A DNA stretch of 64,000 nt from Meyerozyma guilliermondii (taxonomy: Eukaryota): positions 496,001-560,000 of the forward strand of contig CP128815.1 of NCBI GenBank assembly GCA_051546255.1, written 5' to 3'. Below, piece by piece: positions 40,165-49,914 of the stretch (position 1 is its first letter; each line of letters starts with the position of its first letter). Made by a program: the position numbers and the translations under genes. The notes under the pieces were generated by a model. The model saw only the letters and a program-made list of their open reading frames with translations, was not told the DNA's origin and did no database searches.

Positions 40165-40300
40165 ACTCGAGTTTTACCGAGGTTGAATGTCGAGAGTGAT
40201 TATCGAGAGTGAATATATCGAGAGTTATAATCAGTAGTGAATTCATTATCGAGTAGTTTTGTTCGTTTTTTTCGAGTAGCTTATTCGTTTATCGAATAGT
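40165..40300. repeat. Degenerate ATCGAG(A/T)(G/A) repeats 3' of TAL1
   Basis: About 7 copies of a TCGAG/TCGAA core, e.g. TATCGAGAGT twice. Confidence 0.65.
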
Positions 40301-40342
40301 TTTTATCAGCCGTTCGCATTATCAATTCCTGCACACACCAGT

Positions 40343-40351
40343 CCCACGTGG
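40343..40351. promoter_or_regulatory. Pho4-type site CCCACGTGG upstream of the VTC gene
   Basis: CACGTG at 40345-40350 with G/C flanks. VTC genes are established PHO-regulon targets. Confidence 0.65.
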
Positions 40352-40386
40352 AGTCTTAAAACCTTCCTCCAATCTATTCTTCACCA

Positions 40387-42747
40387 ATGTTTTTTGGCTC
40401 AAAGTTGGACCAGGAGGTCTATCCTCCATGGAAAGACTACTACATGAACTACAACAACTTGAGAAAGCTTCTCAAGGAGGGAGTGATACTTAAAGATAGT
40501 TGGACTGATAAAGACGAACAAAACTTTGTTAGTGCTTTGGACCACGATCTTGAAAAAGTGTATACTTTTCAAACCAAGCAATATGACGAGTTGAGCGAGA
40601 CATTGGACGACTTGCAGACCAAAACCGAGACTCCAGGCAAGTTTGACACGGCACAATTTCTGACAAAATTGGAGGAATCGTTGGAATTGGCTCAGGAATT
40701 GGATAGGTTTCAAAGACTCAATTACACTGGGTTCACCAAGATTGTCAAGAAACATGACCGGATCCACCCTGAGTTTCTGGTGAAACCATTGTTGAACGTT
40801 CGTCTTAAAAACTTGCCATTTCATTCGGAAGACTACCTGCCTCTTCTCTATAAGATCTCCGCATTGTTTCAATTTTTAAGGGACAACTACAATATTGACC
40901 AGACGCTCTCCAATCTCTCGCTGTTGAACGAGGACACCACGCAAGACGTTAAATCGTTCAAATTTTGGATCCATCGTGACAATTTGATGGAGGTGAAAGC
41001 GACGATTCTTCGTCATCTTCCTGTTTTGGTTTACAACAACGATAATTACGAGGACGACGATGACGACGATGACGCCCTGAGCAACGATCCGGTCATCAAT
41101 ACGCTTTACTTTGACAATCCCAACTTTGATCTCTACAACGATAAGCTCATCAAGAAGGCTAATGCTGCGACTTTGAGAATCAAATGGATTGGAAAATTGC
41201 TTGATAATCCCAAGATTTCCGTGGAGAAAAAGAGCTTTGATCCTACTTCCGACACGTTTGATGTCAACGAGAAGGTTGTGCTCAAGGAAAAGTACTTGGA
41301 TACGTTTGTCAAGGGAAACTTTTCACCTGAAAAACTCATCAAAAAGATGGAAAAACGTGGAGAAAATAGCAAGGATTTTGCTGATACCGTTCAAAACTTG
41401 GAATCTTTCATAACAGAACACCATTTGCAGCCTGCTGTGCGCAGTGTATATCGTCGAACTGCGTTCCAGATTCCAGGAGACGACAAGATTAGAGTGGTAA
41501 TCGACTCGGATTTGATGTTCATTCGTGAAGATTCTTTTGACGAGCAGCGACCCATTAGAGATCCTAAGAAATGGCATCGTACCGACATTGACTCCAAAAT
41601 TCTGAACCCATACTCGCTTCTTAGAAGTGGTGAATATTCGAAATTTCCATACTCGGTGATGGAGATCAAGATCAAGACGTCCAAGAACAATAAGCGTCTT
41701 CTCTGGGTCGACGAATTGGTTCATTCTCACTTGGTCAAAGAGGTTCCTAACTTTTCCAAATTTGTTCATGGAGTGTCTGTCTTATTCTTGGAAGACGACA
41801 AGCTTCAGAACATTCCCATGTGGTACCACGACCTTGAAACAGACATCAAGGTTGATCCTCAACAGGCGTATATCGACTCCAGAAGACGGTCTGTCAAGCA
41901 GCAAAATGACGAGGATAATCTTGCCAAATTCAAGCTGATGGTTGCAAGCAGCAGTCTGTTTTCTCCAAGAAGCAAGTCGTTTTCCGGTGCGGTTTTGACA
42001 GCTCCAGAAGCTGCTTCTCCTCAGATTTCTGGGAAAGAGTCACTGGTGTTGACCAGCGGACTGGTTCCTTCTCCTCCCACCGCCCCATTGGCCAGCATTG
42101 AAGATGCCAATGAAGACGACGATCTTTATCCACTGTCGGATGACGACTCGCCTACGGGAATAACTCGAATTCTCAAACTTCCTGGCCGACTCAACGTATC
42201 CAAATTAATTGATGTTGACTCAGAAGGAGAAGAAATCGAACTTCCTGCCGGTGTAACCAAACCGGAAACTTATATCAAGAATTCTGGTCCTTTGAAGATC
42301 GAACCAAAGGTGTGGATGGCCAACGAACGGACCTTCAACAGATGGCTCCATGTGACCACCTTGATGTCGACTTTGACTTTTGTCATTTACTCTTCATCTA
42401 TGCGTGCCAATTCGCCCCAAGTTGCGAATATCTTGGCTTACATTTACTTTGGTCTCACATTATTTTGCGGGGTTTGGGGATACTACATTTTCCTTAGACG
42501 CCGTAGTATCATTATGGAACGTTCCGGAGCACATCTCGATAACGTGGTGGGCCCATTGGTTGTGGCTTTTGGATTAATAGCTGCGTTGGTTGTGAATTTT
42601 GTGCTTGGTTTCCGCCATATTGCCGCTGCCAACTCGGTCAATGCTCAGGGAGTGTCCAGCTTTGTTTCGGAGTCATTTTATGCCAACAACCCGTGGCACA
42701 AGCAGGTACATGATCTTATGTTCTGGTTGGTGAGAGGTCAATTTTAG
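40387..42747 (+). CDS. VTC3: Vacuolar transporter chaperone subunit Vtc2/Vtc3 (SPX-VTC-DUF202)
   Basis: M.FGSKL SPX start, LNYTGFTKIVKKHD, KFWIH.DN, RTAFQ, FSKFVHG, IEPKVWMANERTF, 3 TM. Confidence 0.9.
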   Translation: MFFGSKLDQEVYPPWKDYYMNYNNLRKLLKEGVILKDSWTDKDEQNFVSALDHDLEKVYTFQTKQYDELSETLDDLQTKTETPGKFDTAQFLTKLEESLELAQELDRFQRLNYTGFTKIVKKHDRIHPEFLVKPLLNVRLKNLPFHSEDYLPLLYKISALFQFLRDNYNIDQTLSNLSLLNEDTTQDVKSFKFWIHRDNLMEVKATILRHLPVLVYNNDNYEDDDDDDDALSNDPVINTLYFDNPNFDLYNDKLIKKANAATLRIKWIGKLLDNPKISVEKKSFDPTSDTFDVNEKVVLKEKYLDTFVKGNFSPEKLIKKMEKRGENSKDFADTVQNLESFITEHHLQPAVRSVYRRTAFQIPGDDKIRVVIDSDLMFIREDSFDEQRPIRDPKKWHRTDIDSKILNPYSLLRSGEYSKFPYSVMEIKIKTSKNNKRLLWVDELVHSHLVKEVPNFSKFVHGVSVLFLEDDKLQNIPMWYHDLETDIKVDPQQAYIDSRRRSVKQQNDEDNLAKFKLMVASSSLFSPRSKSFSGAVLTAPEAASPQISGKESLVLTSGLVPSPPTAPLASIEDANEDDDLYPLSDDDSPTGITRILKLPGRLNVSKLIDVDSEGEEIELPAGVTKPETYIKNSGPLKIEPKVWMANERTFNRWLHVTTLMSTLTFVIYSSSMRANSPQVANILAYIYFGLTLFCGVWGYYIFLRRRSIIMERSGAHLDNVVGPLVVAFGLIAALVVNFVLGFRHIAAANSVNAQGVSSFVSESFYANNPWHKQVHDLMFWLVRGQF

Positions 42748-43347
42748 AGAATAATTGATAATCAGTAGATAATAATATGAAGAAAGGAGTAAAACTAGGA
42801 GACGGATATTGAGAATATTGGAGTACTTGTGCTTTTCAATTTTCCTTTCCTCGCTTTGCTTGTTCGCTCTAATTTAATGGCTGCAATTCCAAAGTTGCTG
42901 CGAAAAACAGAAAATAAATGAATAGTAAAGACTTGAAATAGACTTAATATGACTTTAAAGTAACCAAATAGAAACAAATTGCAGCCAATCTGGTCGTGCA
43001 ATCCTCAATTTGAAATTTCAAATTGGCACTTTTGATAGCATCGAGTTAACCGCGCGCGGGACAATTTCATCTTGGGTTGCGCGAACCAATTTTTTGCACC
43101 CAACTTTTGCGAAAAGTGGGACAAATATTTTTTGTATGCTGAATGTGATCAGCTGCTGAGAAACGTAGATTGGTAGCATACTCTATCGCGCTTTTCAATA
43201 CTAGTACGGAAAATGAGATTGTCATATTTATCCGTTACATTTGGTAAGAGCTATACTACTTAAGTCCATTTTTGGAATTTGGCACACACACTACTATATT
43301 TGAGGTTGCAAAATTGCAAAATGGCTGCTAAGTTAATTGACATTGAA

Positions 43348-44147
43348 TTAAGTCTTTGGTCGTTTTGAGCCTCTTTGTTCCCTTGCCATTTCCACAATTG
43401 AATCGATAGCTTCAGTTGATTTTTCCCGAAGATGCATCGACATTTGTCGCAATGGAAGATTTTTCAGTCTCCGAAGATGCTCCAATTTATTGGTCAATTC
43501 TTTTCCCTCTGGTGTATGAGGATCTACCTTCAGCTCAATATAAGATACCAATGGCTTTGTCCTGAAAATGTATTGACGTTGGGCGTTAGACTTGGCCCAT
43601 TTTATTCCCTTTTCTTTGCATTGCTTTTCAAGATTTCTTATACAATGCTCATTGAAGAAATACTCATTAGCTACTTCGTTGACTGTTTTTGCCCCTTTTT
43701 TGAATATGATTTCAAGGAGAGCAGCCTCAGTAGTTTTTACTGCCGCCGTCTGTTCCAGTAAAGAATTTTCTGTGGAACCAGATGAATTTGAGTGTGTGCT
43801 ACCAGGAGTATCGGCAGCAGCAGCAGCTGCTGCTGCTGTATCGCTCGATTCCTGATCAATTTGACCAAGTTGTCTTCTTATAAGAGGTGACGTATTTGAC
43901 GATTCTGAGTCTTCTCTCTGGGATCTTTATTGCTGCGCAATTCTTGGATCAGGCGTTTCTGCTCTGCAAACTTCTTCTCCATTTGCAACTGCATTGTCAG
44001 TATTTGCGTTGTCATCTCCTTTATTTGAGTTACCATCTCCTCCTTTAGCGTTCTCATTTGTGTTGCCAACTCCTCCCTCATTTGCGTTGCCATCCACGTA
44101 AGGTGCCTAGCAATGCTTTCTTCTTGTCGTTTAAATTCTATGGACAT
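43348..44147 (-). pseudogene. Coiled-coil + GCR1_C-like (Hot1/Msn1/Gcr1-type) DNA-binding gene split by a -1 frameshift
   Basis: ORF1 (44147-43878) overlaps a 192-codon stop-free -1 frame (43926-43348) encoding AKTVNEVANEY..IRNLEK..GIKWAKSNAQRQYIFRTKPLVSYI..KLEHLRR. Confidence 0.65.
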
Positions 44148-44505
44148 ATTGCGTTGTAGATTGTCATTGTGGTCTTCACTCCAGTTGTAATTCACAACGA
44201 AAATTCTCGTATTCGGTTTCAAGCATTATTTAAATCACCGGTAGAAATAGTAGGATTAGATTTTAATTTCCTTTGGTATCCATTCAATAAATTTTGTCTT
44301 CCACTTGTTACACTCTTAGGACATCTCGTAATATAGACAACTGGCTCCAATATTAGGCGGTTTAGTCTGAACTGATTACTGTTGAAGAACGCGTATCTCA
44401 ATCGCAGCTCACTTTCAGTTAGCCTTTATATGCAGTCCATCCCACTTCCTCTTGCACCCATGCACCACACACCTCTATATCAATTCTTCGCGTGGACACC
44501 TCACT

Positions 44506-45081
44506 ATGTCCCTGAATATCTCGCTTTATACCATCACGGCGTGTCTTCTTTTGGACAACGAGGGCCGTCGGCTCTTTGCCAAGTACTACCAGACGCAAAA
44601 TCCAAGCCATGCTTATAAAAATGCTGCGCAGCAGAACCAATTTGAACTGTCGGTATTTTCCAAAATCAACAAAATGCATCAAGATATTTTATTATATGAC
44701 AATCATCTTATAGCTTATAAGCAAACGAATGACGTGTTGCTAGTTGTTGTTTCCAGCGTGGCGGAAAACGAAGCCATGGTGTATTCGTTGGCAAATAACC
44801 TCCATGAGGCGTTGACGATTTTGTTGAATTCGTCGTTGGACAAGGCCACCGTGGTGGAAAAGTACGATATGGTGAGTTTGTGTGTAGATGAGGCCATAGA
44901 TGACGGAATCATATTGGAAATGGACCCTGCGATCATTGTGAGCCGGGTCACCAACCCGCCTAGTGCCAGTGCGGTTGCGGGAGAATTGCTGAGCAAGATT
45001 GAGTTTTCGGAACGGGGACTTATGAACGCATTTGCGTTTGCATCGAAGAAGCTTAGTGAGAGAATACAGCAGGGAATCTGA
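44506..45081 (+). CDS. RET3: Coatomer zeta subunit
   Basis: ISLYTI..LLDNEGRRLFAKYY, ENE, DEAIDDGIILEMDP..IVSRV. ATG at 44506. Confidence 0.93.
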   Translation: MSLNISLYTITACLLLDNEGRRLFAKYYQTQNPSHAYKNAAQQNQFELSVFSKINKMHQDILLYDNHLIAYKQTNDVLLVVVSSVAENEAMVYSLANNLHEALTILLNSSLDKATVVEKYDMVSLCVDEAIDDGIILEMDPAIIVSRVTNPPSASAVAGELLSKIEFSERGLMNAFAFASKKLSERIQQGI

Positions 45082-45790
45082 GGTGGCTGAGGTGGCGTGA
45101 GCCACCGAAAGGAGGCAGTGGGAGACCAATGAGAATGCTTAGTATGAGATGCCTGAGAATGAAGATATTGTGAGACTGGCTATGAGTTTCTTGAGTTTCT
45201 TGAGTATCTTGAGTTGAGTATAAAGAAGTGAAGATTTTAAGCTTAAATTCTTCAAGTTTTACTGTATTGAGGATTGAAGAATATGCTGAGAAGTGTAAAG
45301 TATGAAGGTGATTAAACTAAAATGAATAAAGAACTAAATCGATGTGATCAAGGAAGAAGGAAAGATTATCGATTCTTCATATTCTTCTTTCTTACCATCA
45401 ATATTTCGTAGGTATCCTACTGAGGTTAATGCTAGAGTCAATTACCATGAGGCTGGAGATCAAGTACCAAGAAGGGTGTGTTAGGTATGTAAGGATTTGT
45501 GATTCTGTGAAGATATAGGCTCGAGATGGTACCTCGAGACAATCAGAGTGTAAGAACATTTCTTGAAAATAGAGAATCATTGCAAGAAACTAGAAAGAAG
45601 TCTTCGACATTCTTTCGAAGAACTCAGCTTTAAGCTTATAATATTTAATACAAACTCATTCTATCCATTATGAAGAAACACAGAAATTTCCGTTATAATA
45701 TTCAACGGACAATTGGCAAGAATTATTGAAATTCTTCATATTACACCTCTTTCTTCATCTACCATCAATACCTACTTCGTAGGCATTGAT

Positions 45791-47665
45791 TTACTTTGTA
45801 GCAGTAACAGATCTCAACGACGCAACAGCCTCAAGATTACTAAATGTCACTTCTCCAGTCTCCACAGCTTTCAGAGCAGCCACACGGTCTTCATGTTCCA
45901 TGGCTTCTCTCCATTCTCTTTCTCTTTCCATGACAATGTGCAAGTTTCTAAAGTGGAAAAAGAACAAAACTGCAAGCGCAAAACCCACACACGCCATAGC
46001 AACGAAAGCCCAAATGATATGAGGATCATATAAAGCTGGAGTAATGGCTTCGGAAAGTGCCGCGGAAAGAGCCGAAGAAAATAAGCAAAGTGCCATCACC
46101 AATCCCTTCATATTTGGAGGTGCACGAGTGTAGGCGATTTCGTACGAGGTTGTCATGGCGAAACACTCGGAAGCGGCTTGTAAAACATACAATGAAACTT
46201 CGTTCCAAGCGGTGATTGGAGCCACTTGATCACAAGTTGTTGCCTTGTTACCACAAGGAGAAAGTGTGTAAATTCTGTGCTGGATTATTGCTCCTGCTAC
46301 CTGGGACATGGCAGCGATGAAAAAACCCAAGGTAATTCTGTAGGCTGGACGAAAGTTGATTTTGTATTTTCTCAAAAATGGGTAGACGATAACGTCCAAA
46401 ATGGGAATGATGATGATAATCGCCAATGGGTTAAAATTGTTGAACAAGTCGTTGGGAACTCCATTAAGAGACATGGACCCAGCCTGAGACGTTTGCACGG
46501 AACCAAGACCTCCATCGTTGATGAGATAGATGGGGAAGTAGATGAAAATTTTACACGAGTCGATGGTTTGCTTCACGTTCAAAACCCATTGGTCGTTCCA
46601 GGTGATGGGTTTGTTGTTTCCATATGTTGTTTCTCCGCGTTTTTCCATCTCTGAAGGCATAGCATAGTCCCAAAAGGTTTTATTTTTGAGACGTTTAATC
46701 CAGCCTTTTCTATATGAAACCCGCAAGATTCTCGAGGTGTTGGTCAATGCCGAGCCTTGTGGATCCATGACGGTGATTCTTGACTGCAAGTACCAGAAAA
46801 CAGCGGGAACAATCATATAAATAATGATGGGAATGAAAAATGCAAACCAGAAACCAATGCGTCTTTCCATATAAGAGGTAGCCAACTGGAAGAAAGATCC
46901 AATATTGATGGACCAGTAAAAGTATAAAGTGACTCTTTGCAAAGATTTTTCACGGTCCACAATGACTTTTTCGCCAGAAGGTAAAACCTTAACCACATCG
47001 TGTTGTTCCTTGTACTGGTCCAATAAAAGTGGTAACAAATTAGGTTTGATAAAACCAGTTCCCATAGCCAAAGTTATAATAGCGAGGGCAGTAGGCACGA
47101 TAGCGTGACCCTGGGCAATCACGCTGGGAATAGCAGCAATAATAAACAAAACATGGGCGATAAAACCTGAAAAAACTCCAATCCAAATTGCTTTAAATCT
47201 TCCAATTTTTGTATCGGCAATAAAACCACCGTAAAGAGGAAAGATATAAGCCAAGAAAGTCAACAAGTTGGTCATGGCCTGAGTGGTGGGTAATCCCATA
47301 TTTAAAGCTCCCGGAGAAACATCTCCACTGCCTTCTCCATGCATAACTTTACCAGTAGTAGAACCTGGAGGCAACGGTCTTTGGATAAAGTTTGACAAAA
47401 TACCCTGAACCGAAAAGTATGAAGCTCTTTCTCCAAGCTCAGCAAGACACAACAAATAAATCGTCCAGTTGAGATTATGAATAACTCTTCTCAATGTTTG
47501 TTTTTCCAGAGTCGTTGGTTTTCTAAGACCTTTGGGATTAAACTCGTCCACATAGTTTGTGGAGTAATTAAGAGGATCCTCAAAGTCATATTCTTCATCG
47601 GTATCGATGGAAATATGTTTTTGAGAGCTGGTTTCTTGCACCTTTTCGTCTACCGAGCTCGTCAT
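45791..47665 (-). CDS. PTR2: POT/PTR di-/tripeptide transporter
   Basis: ELGERASYF (ExxER), GGFIADTKIGR, GTGFIKPN, FYWSINIGS, YTRAPPNMK. Confidence 0.93.
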   Translation of the reverse strand: MTSSVDEKVQETSSQKHISIDTDEEYDFEDPLNYSTNYVDEFNPKGLRKPTTLEKQTLRRVIHNLNWTIYLLCLAELGERASYFSVQGILSNFIQRPLPPGSTTGKVMHGEGSGDVSPGALNMGLPTTQAMTNLLTFLAYIFPLYGGFIADTKIGRFKAIWIGVFSGFIAHVLFIIAAIPSVIAQGHAIVPTALAIITLAMGTGFIKPNLLPLLLDQYKEQHDVVKVLPSGEKVIVDREKSLQRVTLYFYWSINIGSFFQLATSYMERRIGFWFAFFIPIIIYMIVPAVFWYLQSRITVMDPQGSALTNTSRILRVSYRKGWIKRLKNKTFWDYAMPSEMEKRGETTYGNNKPITWNDQWVLNVKQTIDSCKIFIYFPIYLINDGGLGSVQTSQAGSMSLNGVPNDLFNNFNPLAIIIIIPILDVIVYPFLRKYKINFRPAYRITLGFFIAAMSQVAGAIIQHRIYTLSPCGNKATTCDQVAPITAWNEVSLYVLQAASECFAMTTSYEIAYTRAPPNMKGLVMALCLFSSALSAALSEAITPALYDPHIIWAFVAMACVGFALAVLFFFHFRNLHIVMEREREWREAMEHEDRVAALKAVETGEVTFSNLEAVASLRSVTATK

Positions 47666-48593
47666 TGAAATTAGTTACTGTTTTTTTGGAAGGAGTTTTT
47701 CCCATTTTATACCATGATTGTTAATTAGAAAGCCACCAGATGCTCGTGCATAAATGGCACGGCACGAGATCACGATTGCGCAGGTGAATCGTAAATTACG
47801 CAAGCCATAGTATCGGATAATGGAAGAAATGCCGTGTCTTTGCGGTGTGCAGGACTTATCCCCGCTACATTCAAGTCAAAAATGTCGCGAGGCGGACGCA
47901 CGCGAGCTGCGCGATGGAGTTCAGATGAAATAGTTCAGCTGAAATTGTGAAGGAAAAGTAGAAGTAATAATTCAAACAAGTAAGTGTTGACTATCAACTT
48001 AAACTGCTATCATCACTGAAGGGTCTCGGAGATATTTCGAACTGCATCGCCGCCCGCATAATCTTTACCTTTTTAGGTTAATGAGTAAGCAGGGTGCGAT
48101 TTTGCCGTGCGTTCGTATACCTGACTTAAAGGAGTTTCGGCGGATTGCATAATGTCGCACTGATATACGGTGCCAACTGGAGATGCGGCACCACTGCATA
48201 CGAGCCCGGGCGTCCGTGCATTGGTGGGGGATTAGCGACGGTTGCATCGCCGAAATGCATGAAGCCACAGGATTCAATGAATCGCAGGTTAATGAGTGGC
48301 ATCTTAGTGTCACATTAGGGACATTTTGTCACATTTGTCACGTTAAGTATAACATCTGTCACATTTTAGGTAACTTTTAGTGACAGTGATATGACTACAA
48401 AAGGTCATATAAACCTAATCTAACAAACAAATCCGACCAACTAATCATACGATTTGATTACTCCATTTCATCAAAGGTTTCTTATCATTCAACGGCAAGG
48501 GATTGTCGCTTACGTAATCACCTTCTTTTTTTATTTCTCGTTCTTCTTACCTAATCCATTACAATCCTCAATTGACAATTCTCATGTTTCTTT

Positions 48594-49385
48594 ATGGACG
48601 ACCTTCACCATGCACTTTTACGGATCCTGATGGCCCAGATCCTTAAGGCTTCTGGGTTTGACAAGTGCAAGCCGACAACGCTAAATACAATCACCGATCT
48701 TTATATCCATTTTTTAAAACTTTTACTTCAAAATTGCTTAAAATATCAAAGTCAACGTCATGGTACTCGAATGGATATTCGTGATATTACAAGAGCCATG
48801 CTAGATGTGGGACTTTTAAAACCAAATAGCTTCGAGGGGTGGTTGGATGTGTCAGATGTCCCTCGGTATGCATACGTTCAAGACCCCGGATCTAACTTGC
48901 ATAAAAATTATCATCCTAAATCGGCACAATCATTTCGCGATTGGGTCAAATATAGTGACCAATTCCGGGTATCACGCCAGTTGGCCGAGGTGCCGCGTGA
49001 GTTGGCCCAGAACCTTTTGGAGCGCCGGAAATTGGATACGTCGACCGAGTCGGAACAAGAACGTAAACGCCGCCGGTTGCGTGAACGACAGGAATATTAC
49101 AATCATTTCAATATGCATGAAGACATTAATGATGATGATGTCGCCGATGCAATGGATGTAAATGTGTCGTGGCTCGAATATTTGGCCGAAAAAGATTTGA
49201 AGTTTGGCCACGACCAAACTTATGCCAATACTGTTTTGGAACGTCATGTAAGATCCGGGGGTTCCGACCTGCGACATTCCAATCATTATTTGGTTGCCAA
49301 TGATGACGTAGAGGTTCCTGAACATGTTCAGGCATGTTTACCGTACAATAGAGAACGTATAGAGTTGTATGGGATAGATAAGTGA
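48594..49385 (+). CDS. TAF3: TFIID subunit Taf3 (histone-fold Bromo_TP)
   Basis: HHALLRI.MAQILKASGFDKCKPTTLNTITDLYIHFL N-terminal histone fold. Confidence 0.8.
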   Translation: MDDLHHALLRILMAQILKASGFDKCKPTTLNTITDLYIHFLKLLLQNCLKYQSQRHGTRMDIRDITRAMLDVGLLKPNSFEGWLDVSDVPRYAYVQDPGSNLHKNYHPKSAQSFRDWVKYSDQFRVSRQLAEVPRELAQNLLERRKLDTSTESEQERKRRRLRERQEYYNHFNMHEDINDDDVADAMDVNVSWLEYLAEKDLKFGHDQTYANTVLERHVRSGGSDLRHSNHYLVANDDVEVPEHVQACLPYNRERIELYGIDK

Positions 49386-49387
49386 CG

Positions 49388-49518
49388 AAATTGACGGTCA
49401 GAAAAATACAGGTTAAAAAATGACGGTCGGAAAATTACAGGTTAAAAATTGACGGTCAGACAATTACACGTTGAAAAATGACTAGTCATGAGTTACAGGT
49501 CACCAACTGACGGTCACC
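49388..49518. repeat. 29-bp minisatellite x~4.5 (AAATTGACGGTCAGAAAATTACAGGTTAA)
   Basis: TGAC cores at 49392, 49421, 49450, 49479 and 49508, an exact 29-bp period. Confidence 0.9.
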
Positions 49519-49914
49519 ATGTCTCACATTCTGTGTGCACATTATTTCCCCTGCGCGACGCGGTATTATTCCCAATTAAGCCACCGGCCGGAGGTGCTCC
49601 CCCGCGCGCCCGCGACTTGTTTCCCGTCTTTTTACATTCTTTATCCTTTTGTTAACAAGTAAAAAATATTACATATTTTCGGCTCGCAAAACCTCCCTAG
49701 TTTCATCTCCTGTATTAACGCTATCACAAGCCACCGTGGTTTTCGCTGTCAAGTTTTAAACACAAAATTTTCATCCCCCACACCCCCCGCTAACCATTGA
49801 GTTCTTGCTACGGTTTTCCCCTTTTTGACTACCCTATCTACTTGATACAGCTTCCCAACCCAGCTATAGCAAACGTCGTTGCCTGGGCTCCACACAATCC
49901 AAATTTCAGCCAAA

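Noticed and set aside
43989..44033. Intron-like GTAACT...TACTGAC..CAG (minus strand) as a fix for the GCR1_C frameshift
   Set aside because: 45 nt is frame-neutral, and the GCR1_C frame has a TAA (43929-43927) downstream of this acceptor.
49388..49518. CRISPR-like regular repeats (also 19805-19983 and 51530-51810)
   Set aside because: Head-to-tail units with no unique spacers, no cas genes, and a yeast genome.
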